DNA of 64,000 nt from NCBI GenBank assembly GCA_013239625.1, contig MU053810.1, positions 4,620,071-4,684,070 on the forward strand. The letters run 5' to 3'. This document shows, one piece after another, positions 1 to 12,318 of the stretch (position 1 is the stretch's first letter; every line of letters starts with the position of its first letter). The notes below the pieces were generated by a model. That model made no database searches, had not been told where the DNA came from, and saw only the letters and a list, made by a program, of their open reading frames with translations. A program made the position numbers and the translations under genes. The DNA is from Lama guanicoe (lineage: Eukaryota).

Positions 1-830
1 GTAGTCACCTAAAGCCCAAAATTTATATTATGGTTTAGTCTTGATATTTATTGTACATCCTGTGGGTTTGGACAAATGTATAATAATGACATGTAGCCAC
101 CATTGTGATACCATAGAGAATATTTTCACTGCCCTAAAAATCCTCTCTGCTCTGGATCATTATTGCTTCTCCAACCCCCAACTCCTAGTAACCACTAATT
201 TTTTTTTTAACTGTCGCCATAGTTTTGCCTTTTTTGTAGAATTACACAGTCTGTAGCCTTTTCGGAATGGCTTCTTTTACTTGGTAATGTCTTTTCATGG
301 CTTGATAGCTCATTTCTTTTTAGAACTGAATAAAACTTCACTGTCTGGATGTAACATAGAGTTTATTTGTCCATTGACTCACTGAAGGACATCTTAGTTG
401 CTTCAAAGTTTGTCAATTGTAAGTAAAGTTGCCATAAACATCCATATGCGTGTTTTTGTGAGGACATAACCTTTCACTTCTTTTGGATAAATACCAACAA
501 GCACAATTGCTATATCATTTTCTAAAAATATGTTTAGTTTTGTTAGAAACCACCAAACTGTCTTACAAAGTGGCTACGCCGTTTTATAGTTCCACCAGCA
601 ATGAATGAGAGTTCCTGTCGCTCCACATCCTCACCGAAAGAGGTGTATAGTGATGTCTGTTGTTTTAATTTGCATTCCCTTGATGGTATAAGATGTGGAA
701 CATCTTTTCTTATGCTTACTTGCCATCTTTGTATCTTCTTTGGGGAGATGTCTGTTCATATCTTTTGCCCATTTTTTACTTGGGTTATTTGTTTTTTTAT
801 TGTCGAGTTTTAAGAGTTCTCTGTATAATT
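1..830 (-). mobile_element. Old L1 (L1MC-like) 3' fragment: ORF2 C-terminus plus 3'UTR, running off the window start
   Basis: ORF 631-840(-) [51 protein letters not shown] is the L1 ORF2p C-terminal region. Bases 1-500 resemble the reverse complement of an L1MC 3'UTR. Confidence 0.88.
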
Positions 831-2657
831 TCACAACCAAAATACTCTAGATATTTTAAGAGACCTTAAGTGCTATTATCAGCTTTTAATTTTACAGGAT
901 TTCTTATTAATTTAGAATAAGGTTTACCCTTCTTCTCTTAATACAGGTTAGAAGATTTATTTATTTAGCTTCAACAGATATATAAAAGTATATTCATCCA
1001 CATCATATGAGCCAGACAAGGACCCTTCCTTTAGAAGTTTATGATTCAGGAAGGAAGAATCAATGGGAGGTATTGTTATAGATTTAATTTGATGGGAAAC
1101 AAGGCAGAAAGTTTCAAGAACAATTAGCCCATAAATAAATTTTTTTTTTTTTAATCCGTGGCTGATTCTGGCTTTGGAGACTTCTGAAGTCTTCCCCAGA
1201 CATTTTTGCATTCTCTGAAGTGGTGTTAAAAAATCTGGTGTTAAGAATTCTGGATGATTTTGTTTACTCCTGACTTTTAAGTGCTAAGGTTCTGTTCTGT
1301 AGTTTCTCAACAAAACATGCTGTCCCTTCCAGGAATGGAAGCTTTGACGGACAGAAGATGTCCACTCTTTCTTGATTTTTCTACTTATCAGTAATTGGAA
1401 TAGCCACCTGGTCAGCCCATTTATTTCACTTTAAATCGTAGTTGGGGGGGGGTGGTTATAATCATGTTTGAGTAAATCTAATAATGCAGAATTCCCCAGT
1501 CCATACCTATGGATTTGGATTTAATACTTTACCTCTCAGAAGCTTTTCTTTCTTGTTTTCAATTAGACTGTTTAGGTCCGTGAGAACTTTTGTGAGTCAA
1601 AAAGGACCACATTCATATTTGAGAAGACTTGGTCTGACAAATCAAGTTTTTAATTACAGGAAGTAATCACAAACTACTGTAGATGCAATTAAAGGCCTTT
1701 TTCTTTGGGAGAAGCTTGTTTGTCTTTTTAATTTTTCTCTCTAAGCTCATTATAAAAAATACTATACTCTTTCATGCGCGTATAGCTTGCACTCTATAAC
1801 TTCCTGCTGTGGATCTAGAAATGAATTTTGTTGAAATCAAAGAAATTAGTTGATAGGATTTTTTAAAAGCCTGTTAGTAGAAGTGGTTGAACATTTTTAA
1901 AGAAAATGTTTGCTTTGCTCATGATTAAACTGAACTAGACATCTGACCTCTGATATCTATCAAATTCCATACCCCTCATTCTGTGACCAATGAATTGCTT
2001 TAAATTTTACAAGTTGAGTATTGATTAAATAAAACCGTCATTTGATTCTCCAAACTGGTTAAAATTCAGATATATAAAGTGTATCTCACTTAGTAAGATG
2101 AGAGGTTTTTGTTTTTCTTTTTAAATGGTCACTTTGGCATTTGCTAACTACCAGAGAAACACATGGGTTTAGAAGGGCATCTTAGGTCAATTCAAAAGCC
2201 TGGAGAAGGACTGAGTTGGCAGAATGTAATCCTGCCGGTTGAAATTCATCCCGCCTTTACAATTTATTCTCATTTGAAAAGTACTGCAGGATTTTAAAAT
2301 AATGTAATAGACAGGCTACTTAAGAGTCCACGTTCTAATATTCCTCTAATTGCTCCGTTGCCAGCACAGCTTGTTTATTTGGAAGATAATTGGGATGGAG
2401 CTCGGACAACATATATTATGACTGCTTTTCTTCCTGTGTATTATTTTAATTTGAAAATGTCAAAGTGTATTACCAAGTATTTTCCTATTTCACAGATTTG
2501 TAAACTGAGACATGAGTTTGATGGGCTTACGCTCTCAGGACTTGATCTTTATTTTGCTTTTTCTTCTGCTCTTCACCGCAGTCCATGCAAGGCAGTTGCC
2601 TATAGAGCATTTTCTCTGAGTCCTACTTCTGTGTACCATTCCTTTAACAATTATATG

Positions 2658-3395
2658 CAGGCACCCCTCAGAGATACTGCGGGTTCAGTTCCAGACCACT
2701 GCAGTAAAGCAAACATCGCAATAAAGCGAGTCTCACAAATCTTTTGGCTTCCAGTGCTTACAAAAGTTGTTTACAATATGCTGTAGTCTGTTAAGCATGC
2801 AATAGCATTATGTCTAAAAAGAAACAATGTACGTACCTTAATTAAAAAATACCTTAACCAAAAAAAAAAGACTTTATTGCTAAAAATGCTAACCATCACC
2901 TGAGCCCTCAATGAGTCGTAATCTTTTTACAATAATAACACCAAAGATCGCTGAGCACAGATCACCATAACAAATACAATAATAATGAAAACGTTTGAGA
3001 TATTGTGGGAATTACCGAAATGTGGCCCAGAAGCAAGAAGTGAGTAAATGCTGTTAGAAAAATGGCACCGATAGACTTGCTTGATGCAGGGTTGCCTCAG
3101 ACCTTCACTTTGTGAAAAATGCTGTAAGGTGAAGCCTTATGGGAGTTCAAAATTTGTAGATACTGACAGGCATATGCAGAACAGATAAACAAGATAATAC
3201 TGCATAGCACAGTGGTAGATCTTGTAACTCACAGTGAAAAAAAAAAGTGACAATGAATATATGTATGTTCATGTATAACTGAAACATTGTGCTCTACACT
3301 AGAATTTGACACAACATTGTAAAATGACTTTAACTCAATTAAAAAAAATAAAAAAAAATGGCCAAAGTGAAGCCTTATAAAACAAAGTCTGCCTG
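2658..3395. mobile_element. Internally deleted Tigger1-family DNA transposon (TcMar-Tigger), interrupted by an L1 fragment
   Basis: Starts CAGGCACCCCTCAGAGATACTGCGGGTTCAGTTCCAGACCAC, a Tigger1 terminus. Ends ...AAAACAAAGTCTGCCTG followed by TA. Both subterminal regions are recognisable and the transposase is absent. Confidence 0.88.
3141..3363 (+). mobile_element. 5'-truncated lineage-specific L1 3' end with poly(A), inserted in the Tigger1 terminus
   Basis: L1 3'UTR (...AACATTGTAAAATGACTTTAACTCAATT) plus A-tail 3340-3358. TSD AAGGTGAAGCCTTAT (3126-3140) / AAAGTGAAGCCTTAT (3364-3378). Confidence 0.88.
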
Positions 3396-3399
3396 TATT

Positions 3400-4700
3400 G
3401 GATGGCAACCATGTGCCAGGCACTGGAACTTTAGGTGTGGACAGTGTTAAGCCTTTGGCCTCAAGTCTCTTGCGGGAGGTGGCACAGGTTTGCTACATAA
3501 GATGTAGCTGCTGGCTTGAAGGACAGAGCATGCAGTGGGACTTGAGGTGGGGGGACACCTAACCCTGAAGGGAGCAAGGAGATGAGAGGTGATATGGATC
3601 AGAACAGTTGCCCACAGACACTGATCCTGAAACTGATTCTTGAAGAATGATTCAGAGTTTGCCAGACACAAGAGTCAGGTGGGAGCAAAGAGATCACTGT
3701 TGTCCAAGAAATGGCTTATGAGTCATTTTTAATGAGCCTGCAATGCAGTGTGTACCTGGGGAGGCATCTGGCAAGTGAGGGAGCTGGGGCTGGATCAGTG
3801 ACATACTCGGATGTCTGGCCAAGAAGTCTGATTTTGTCCTGTGGACAATGGGAAGCAATGGAAAGTTCATCATTAGGGGAGCGTCATGACCAAATGTGCA
3901 TTTTAGGCAAGTCCAATGGGAAGGGTTTGAGTTTCATCTTATGAAAAAGCAGCTCCCAGATGCCCTTCACACTTACGCAGCTACCACGAAGTAGCCCCCT
4001 ACTGTGTGCCTAGACGTGCTGTATGCTCTCTCCTGTACTCTGTACCTCTTTCTCTCTACTGACTTTTACCTGTCTCATCCCATCCTGGGTTTATAAACAT
4101 GACTAAGTCCAATGTTATAAATAAAATAATAACACTATGACATTAAGGTGAGGATATTGCCATCACTGTTGGACTCAGCAGCCTTGGAAAGAGCCATTTC
4201 AATTGAGGGACAGGAGTAGTGGGTCAGGAATTGATTGGCGGGTCAGGAAGGCGAAGTGGAGAATATAGATGCTCTTTCTGGGAACTGTAAGGGAAGGAGT
4301 TAGCCAAAGAGGATCGTGAGAGGTGTGTGATTCCTAAGGAAACCTGAGAGGGGAGAGCCTGAAGGCCTGAGAAAGTTGGTGGATGGATTTGCCTTCAAGA
4401 AGGGAAAAAAGAGGAGGATGAGGAGGGACAGAAATGTCTTTTCCACTATCGATGCAGGAAGACCAGAGTTTGAATGTAGTTGAGATTGTGAGGTGTGGGA
4501 AGTAAGAGAAGACTACGTCTCCTGCCTTCAATCTTTTACCAGTAAAGATCTTCTGCTGAGAATGGAGAAGAGGCTGGTGAGGAAAGAATCTGAAGAGAAT
4601 GGACAAGGTTCGAGGGCATGCTTGTGTGGGAAGGATTATGACTAAGGGTCTGTGAGAGCCCAGCCCGGGCTGGAGACCACGGGTAGGATGCAGTGCCACA
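3400..4700 (-). mobile_element. Degenerate L2 fragments
   Basis: Purine-rich, L2-like motifs (TGTGCCAGGCACTGG..., GGACAATGGGAAGCAATGGAAAGTT...ATGACCAAATGTGCATTTTAGG). Boundaries are approximate. Confidence 0.5.
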
Positions 4701-4780
4701 CAGCAAGGCTGGGGGATTTTCTTCTGCAGTAATCAGCAGCCCGATGTGGAAACAGAGGAAATCCATATGGGCACTGACTG

Positions 4781-5263
4781 TGTTACCAGAGAGTAGGTTA
4801 TTGTCTCATGCAGGAAAGAGTGCAAGAGTGACCCATAGCAAAGTGAAAGCAAGTTTATTTCAAAAGATACACATTCCACAGACAATGCGGTTTGTCTCAG
4901 AAGGGGGGAGAGCAGCCCTGGGGTGCAGGGATGGTTCATTTTTATGTGCTGGGTAATTTCATATGCTAACAAGTGGGAGGGTTATTCCAACTGTTTTGGG
5001 GAAGGGGCAGGGATTTCCAGGAATTGGGCCCCCTGTCCATTTTTTGGCCTTTTATGGTCAGCCTAGGAGCTGTCTTGGTGCCTGTGAGTGTGTCATTTAG
5101 CATGCAAATATATTACAGTGAGTGTATAATAAGGCTCAGGGTCCACTGGGAGTCACACCTTCTGCCATCTTGGGCCTAGTTGGTTCTAACCAGTTTATAC
5201 ATGTCCTCAACAGCTATATCATTCTTTTAATGGTTGTGCCCTTCCCACTTGCCTCCTGGCTCA
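4781..5263 (-). mobile_element. Solo LTR, ERV1-class
   Basis: TG...CA termini and a perfect 4-bp TSD ACTG (4777-4780 / 5264-5267). AATAAA lies on the minus strand near 4855. Length 483 bp. Confidence 0.85.
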
Positions 5264-8200
5264 ACTGGAGATTAAGGTTTGGTTGGTTAGATGTGGGAGA
5301 GGACCAGTCAAAAGGGATGAAGGGTTTGAGAAAAGTGTGGAAAGTGATAGATAATAGCAGTCTGTTTAGGAATAGATGTGTAACAATGAGGAAACTGAAA
5401 GAAGCCAAAATGTACTCAGAGGAGGGGATTGTGAGAAATGAAAGGGTGTGATCAGTAGTGAGGATAAAAGAAAGCTGGCAGTTTCAGACCTGGGGCAACA
5501 GTTGTGGGCAATACTCAGTTCCAAGGAATGGCCATTAACGTGGGTAAGCAGGCAAGGATCCTTTATGGTAAGGAGACCAAATATCCTGGAGGCAGAGGTG
5601 TGAAAGGCTTGTCCTCAGTGCCCTGGGGCCACTCAAGGTGGGGGCAGAAATTGGAGTGAAGAGAGAGGGGAGGAGGGCTCCAATCATCAGGGAGCAATGC
5701 AGTCATTTTCTGAATAGGAGTACAGATTAATGTAACCCGGGGTGTGTGCATCCGTAGAAAAAAAGCTTCTTCTTTGCATTAAGGAAATTAAATGTAACTC
5801 TTAAAATCTGATTTGTATCAGTTTCTCACAATGGAAAAAGGTAAAAGTGACCCAAAGTAGGAATCTGTTGGAATTCTGAAAATACCCTGAAGTTTTGAGA
5901 GGATTTATAGGTTCCAAAAAAGAGAGGGGGGGGTTTCCTTTCTCCTCAGCTGAGTTTTATCTGACCACAGTCTTAAGTACAACAGGAAGAGGCTTTTGCA
6001 AAGCATCATGCGAACAGACATCTCTCTTAAGAACTTTTACTTCGGGAGGATTAAAGCATATCCTGTAGGGACAGCCAGCTCTCCTCTCTTTTCAAAGTTT
6101 GGTTTCCATCCATCACTTACATGGACTGTTCTGTTTCATATTAAGCTTCGCAGTGCCGCCAGCCTCACCTGGACTGCAGTGGGCATTGGGATAGGAAGTG
6201 TACCCCCTTGAGATGGTCTTGTGGACAAAGAGACCCAAGCTACATTTTCTTATCATGTACCCATGGGCAACCTCAGTGCCCCATCCCCAGTGGGAAATTC
6301 CCACCGGCTTTTATCTTATTTAAAAAACCTTGACCAACCACCCACGTCTGCTTCTCCCATTCCTCCTTGGCATGTGGGGACACTTCTAAGGCAGTCTGTG
6401 GGGACAGTGACTTTTATGTTCCTGTCTACTCATGAGCTTTTTATCAGAAGTATGTTTTTGGTCAAACTGCAATGTTTATTTCTATGTCCTATCACAGAGT
6501 TAGTATCAACCCATCTCAAATGGTATTAACTCATTGCATCTTGCTTTTCCACCCCCATTTGAAAAAGAGTCCCATGAAGGGTTATATATCCCTTGCAGAT
6601 TTTTCAAATCAGGAGCTATTATTGAAATATAAGGGATTCCCAGAATCTAAGACTAAAGACATTTGGTTTATCTTGCATGTGTTTAATTCTCCTATATATA
6701 TATATACACACAGGCTTTAGGGAAATCATAGTTAGTATGTGTTCCCACCTCTGTCGCATGCACACACAGTCTGTATCCTGAAATCAAATGAAGCAGCATT
6801 GGAGGGGGTTTGTTTAGTGGCTTAAAAATTCAGTAATACTTAAAGCACATTTTCTGGGTCTGTGATGGAGATGCTTTGACAAATTCTTCGCTCTTGTCTA
6901 TCAGGAGAGGCTCACTGGAGAACTAAGGGAGGCATGCATGGGAAAATAAAACCGTCAAAACAATGCATGATTCTGGGTATGAAATGGATTATTATGGTGG
7001 TATTAAAAAAATCCCAAAGTATTAAGTTGATGTAGTTTGGAGTTAGGGCTAAATTGTCACAACAGTTTGCTGTGAAAATTGGTGGATTGATGGAAAACTC
7101 CAGAAGATGGGCCCAGGCACTGAATTGGACCAGTTTGGACCAATGATATGGGGCTAAGTGTCACCCATGTAGTCCTGTCATCGCAAACCTTGCCCATCCA
7201 AATACGCCTTCCTCTGTCCTGTTGGCTCAGTCTGGTCAAGGAAATGTTCCCCAAGACCCATGTGGTTCTGGCTCTGAAGGAAGTCTGGTGCCTCGCCCAG
7301 AGTTTATTCTGTGAGCTGCGGACAGGTTAGGGGGAAGGATGGGGAGACAGTGGGTGTCCTTAGACCTCAGCTAGTTAAACATAATATGTTAACTTCTTAA
7401 AACCTAGGTGGAATTTGCCCCAGACTATGGTGGGCTTCTTATCTGTAGTGGAATTACATTCATAGCTCACGTGCTGACTCCAAAGATGGAGAAACCCGTT
7501 GCATTGCTCTGTGTCCTTGATAAGGAGAAACTGCCAGGTGGTGGTTGAGGGAAACTGTCTGAAGAGATCAAAGTCTGAGTCAAGTTAAAATTCAGGATGT
7601 TGCATCCTGATTGTGAGACATTGCCTATTGTGACCACTTCTGCAAGCTCTTCATGGGGGGTGAGGAGGGGATACAGAGCACATCCCTGGTTTTAAGAAGA
7701 AACAAACAAACAAAAGCTGGTCTAATATATTCTTATTTAAGCAATCTCTGAAAATATACAGACATCCAGGACTTAGTTGCAGCAGCCTATGAACCAGAAA
7801 TCTGACTTCTGCTTCCTGCAAGTTGCACTTCAAAATGCACCTAACTGTATGGTCAGAAAGTCTTTTTTAATGGTAGTAATTTGATGAGCTCTGTCTTGTC
7901 TTTCCTCCCCCTGAACTCACTGCCCCCCCACACCCCCCTGCTCCCTGTCACTTACCAGAGGAAAGCACCTGGCATTCTGCATCTTTCATTGTATACCCAG
8001 GAAATGACACAAATGCTCCGGGACTTTTCTTCTAACTTGTAACCAGGTGTTTGTTGGGCTTGGCAGCCATCAGGATTAGAGGGGGCTCAGCTTCAAAGCT
8101 TCCGTTGTGGCTCTCCACCCTGAGCATGCGCCGTGGGGCTTAGATGTCCAGGATGTCTTGTGTGTGGGCTTCAACCTGTGAAGCTCCCTGTTGTCTGCTT

Positions 8201-9739
8201 TTTATCAGCTGCGTCCTCAACAGGGTCTTCGGTTAACAGCCAGAGTTATGAAATTAACACCTGGGACACAGAAAACCATGCAGGGTCAGTTTTACTGGCA
8301 TTGCCAGCACCTGGCATGAGTGTCCCCACAGCTGTCCTTCCCCCGAGAGGGGGAGGGGGTGGGACTGGCTACCTTGAGGTTTCGTCTTTGCCAGGATGGT
8401 CCAGACAGTTTACTCCTATTTCATGGACATTTCACTCTTTCCCTCCACTAGTTTGCATCAATTCAGTTTCTTAATGCAGTTGCTACTCAGATAAATACTT
8501 TTCGTAGTCAAATAGTTAAAGACTCTAATTTTTTTATGCCAGTGAGATGGAGACTGAACACTGACATGGCACATTTTCCGCCCATCAAGGGGCATGCTGT
8601 TTGCTGCTTCCATTAGGCAAATTAGTGGCAGTTACATACTCTCACACCGAGGAGGAACTAGACTACTGAATATGTATTTGGTAAACAGAAATGCAGTCGG
8701 TGCATCTGTTTCCTTAACAGAACGTGGCTCTGCTGCACTGTACAATTCAACAAACTGCTCCAGAGCAAAATTATTCCTTAGAAGAACTTTCACTTAATCA
8801 GGATTCAGAAAGGAACATGGAAACTTTTAAGATCTCCGTGTGGTCCGTTGCACACTCCTGCTGAGAGGGGAAAAAATATCGGTGATCTGATACCTTAAGA
8901 TCCAGAAGGCAGGCACAGTTCAGATATTGTCCACATTACCAGAGTGTCAAATCACACGACCTTGCCTGAGAATGTGGGAATGGGGGGATTTAAGTTATAA
9001 TATTTTCTGCCTTGGGACAGCTTGCATCCTCTCACTTTGTAAACTAATGTTTTGGAGGCAGCCTCTTACCCATTTTTAAAGCCAGCTCCTTCTCTCTGGA
9101 AATCTATCTCTTTCTAAGGTGACCCAAAACTGACACAGTGCCAGGCTTCGGAGTCAGGGAAAATGTGGTTAATGACACTGAGGGCACTTATTCTGAGAAT
9201 GAAAAATGACCGAGTATTTTGTGTGAGGTGGGACATTATTCGTTCATAGCAAACTTAAATCTTAAGCCTCTGGGGAAAGTGACAGCATTTCTTAGTTATG
9301 GCTAATATAACCCAGGAATGAGAGCGTTGTTGCATAACTTTTAATTCATGTACCTGTTTTGCCCAAACCTTTTAAGAAATGCATCTAACTTTGCTTGTTA
9401 AATCAGGAGAAGGTAGAGCATTATTCAAAGTAAAGCCCAGTATAGGAAATTCAGATAAAAATGGCTGAGCTTTTTTTTTTTTTTTTTTCTTGTCAGAGAT
9501 TTATGACTGTCTCTATTTTGGGTCTTCCTTAACTCTCTCTCTGGATTATTTCAGGAGCCTCTTCATTGGTCTGGAGCCTCTGTTTCTTTCCCTTCACCCC
9601 ACTCTGTCCCTCTCACTGCTCTGTGGATGGTTGTCATGAGCTCGGTTCTAGAGGTCCTGACTGGGGGTGTCCTGGATGGTCCCCCGTCTTCTCTCAAGTT
9701 GGCTTCACAACCCCGTCTTTCACCATTTTATTCACACCT

Positions 9740-10360
9740 CCTGCAACCACTCCCTCCCAGTGGAACTTCTCCCTCCTCCCCTGAGCATGTTACACTTTTT
9801 AATTCTGTCCCTTTGTTGGCCCTGGTCCGTCTGCCAGCCACATCATCCCTGTGGCGACAAGCCCAGTCCCACATCCACTAAGGAACCAGCCTACGTACCA
9901 CCTTCTCACCATTGCTTCCCAGACACCCAGCCACCGCCAAGTCAGGAGTCATTCTTTGACCTTGGATAGCACCTTGTCTGTTGTATCGCTCTTATAGCAG
10001 GTGGCTCTTCTGTTTACTTGAAAGGTATATGCATCTCCTGACCTAAGTTCTTCAAAGGCAGGGTCTCTCTGTTTAATGTAACTATTTGATTCCATTTAGG
10101 CAACCTTGTTACTCAAAGCACGATGTGCTGACCGCCCCCGGCATCAACATCTCTTGGGAGCTTGCTAGAAATCCAAAATCTCAGTCCCAATCCCAAATCT
10201 GAATAATTAGACCCCACATGTTAACACGTCCCCCTACCATCCCTGTCCGAGATGATTACAACACACCTGAAACTTGGGGAAGCTCTACTGTGTTAGATCG
10301 CACAGACCCTGGTGTGAAGCAGGGGCCCCGTGGGTATCTGTCCAATGAATCAATGGCATG
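9740..10360 (+). mobile_element. L2 3' end fragment split by a MER5A insertion
   Basis: AAGTTCTTCAAAGGCAGGGTCTCT..., then after MER5A CACAGACCCTGGTGTGAAGCAGGG...AATGAATCAATG, a typical L2 tail. Confidence 0.5.
10107..10290. mobile_element. MER5A-like hAT-Charlie MITE
   Basis: TACTCAAAG...GGCATCAACATCTCTTGGGAGCTTGCTAGAAATCCAAAATCTCAGTCCCA...GAAACTTGGGAAGCTCTACTG matches MER5A architecture. Confidence 0.75.
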
Positions 10361-10496
10361 AAAAGATGAGGTTGTTCTCATTGATTTCTGGAAAGATTAT
10401 CTCATAATCAAACATGGAAAATGTAACCCAGCGTACATCATTTTTCTGTGACCATTTTTAGTCTTAAATCAGGGAGACCCTTTTCTCCTTTTAAAA

Positions 10497-10972
10497 TGCT
10501 TTTTTAAAAATTTTCTCTTTTTATTAAAATGTAGTTGATTTACAGTGTTAGTTTCAGGTGTATAGCAAAGTGATCCAGTTATACATATACATACATATAT
10601 ATTTTCTTTTCAGATTCTTTTCCATTACAAGTTATTACAAGAAGTTGAATATATAGTTCTCTGTACTATATACTAGGTCCTTGTTGTTTATCTATTTTAT
10701 ATATAGTAGTTTGTATCTGTTAATCCCAAACTCCTAATTTATCCTTCCCCCTGCCCTTTCCCCTTTGGTAACCATAGTTTGTTTTCTATGTTTGTGAGTC
10801 TGTTTTGGTTTGTAAATAGATTTTGTAAATTTTTTTTGTTTTTTAGATTCCATATATAAGTGATATATGATATTTGTCTTTCTTTGTCTAACTTACTTTA
10901 CTCAATATGATAATCTCTAGATCCATCTATGTTGCTGAAAATGGCATTATTTCATTCTTTTTTATGACTGAG
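10497..10972 (-). mobile_element. 5'-truncated cetartiodactyl L1 3' end
   Basis: Reverse L1 3'UTR (GTAGTTGATTTACAGTGTTAGTTTCAGGTGTATAGCAAAGTGATCCAG...) and the ORF2 terminus. Degenerate TSD CTTTTCTCCTTTTAAAA / CTTTTTTTCCTTTTAAAA. Confidence 0.88.
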
Positions 10973-11484
10973 CTTTTTTTCCTTTTAAAAATCTTTGATT
11001 TCTTACTTTTGGGTCACCTTGGTAGTTGTTTGGTTTTTGGTCTTTGGGGTTTGGGGGGGTTTGGGTTTTTTGGGGGTTTTTTTTCATTTTTAAAAAGTTC
11101 CCTCCCAGGGTAGTATTGGTCTTAGGTAAATAAATATAGAGGAAAGCTTGCTAATTGGGTCTAAATGTAGATTATGTGCAAAAAAAAATGGCTAATGTCT
11201 GAAAATAAGCACTCGTGTGGCGTGTACCATGTTGTCGTGTTGGCAGCTGTTCCTTCAGGACCAAGTCAGTGACAACTGAAGGCTAGGGGGATGTTCTCTG
11301 TCATGGGGTCAAAAGCTGAGTGATCCAGTTCACACAGATTTGCTAATAGCCAGGGAAGGAGATAGAAGACGATGTGATGTGCTGAGACTTTGAAAGCACT
11401 AAAGAATTTGATATTAAGTATCCTGAGCTGCTTGGGAATAAGAGGAGAGCAGGGAAAGACTTGTAACATGAGGAGGAGTCTTGC

Positions 11485-12318
11485 TGACGGTTCAGAGCAG
11501 TCAGAAGTACCACCCACGGCGGCATATGGTAGGAACTCGTGGGACCACTGCTGCTTGTCACGACAGCGAGAGGGTGGCATTGCACAGGCGCAAGCCAGGG
11601 ATGCCCCGCGATGCGTAGTATTGTTTCACACTGTGAAGAATTGTCCCTTGTGACCATGACTTTGGAACACATTGGCCAGACATATCCGGGGGTGAAAAAC
11701 TGTTTACATCACAAACCTAAAGTCTAAACCTATTTTATATTTTAGTTATTTGTATTTTATATAAAAAAATAATTTATATGAAAGCTTATGTATTTATATT
11801 TTATAAAATGTGTATAATAATTAACACATAGTATGTATTACATATATAATTTAATATAATATATAGTTATATGTACATATTATATATATTGTATTTTTAT
11901 ATGTATACAAAAAGCATTTTAAATACATGCTGATTTTTCCAGGTATGCAACCACCATGTTGATTGAGAGGTTATTATTTGTTTTGTTTAGAACTTTACTA
12001 TACGTTTATTTCAGAAAAATAATGTCACTGCTCCTATCAGTCTGCATGGGTAGCTATTGAATTCATCCTGGTCTTACCTACAGGTGTTTGCATCCGCCTT
12101 CTGACATCTGCTGGTGTGAGTTGTACCTGAAGCGTTTGTATATTGAAGTGCATCTTATTTGTTATGAATTTCTCTTATTTCTCCTTTATGTAATTTAGGT
12201 TAGGACATGCTATTGATTTTTTTTTGCTAATTGTATATAACCAGGCAGTTTTTTTTTAATTAATTACATCTCAGGATATAAAAAGAGGCGTGGGATCTGA
12301 TAGGTGTGAGAAGCTGTC
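11485..12318 (+). mobile_element. MER20B-like hAT DNA transposon with an internal AT-rich expansion
   Basis: Diagnostic segments GAAGAATTGTCCC, GGTGAAAAACTGTTTA, TTTTTCCAGGTATGCAACCACCATG, CCTATCAGTCTGCAT, and terminus TATAAAAAGAGGCGTGGGATCTGATAGGTGTGAGAAGC. Confidence 0.8.
11730..11905. repeat. AT-rich/(TA)n low-complexity tract
   Basis: About 175 bp, almost entirely A/T, with TATA repeats. Confidence 0.85.
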
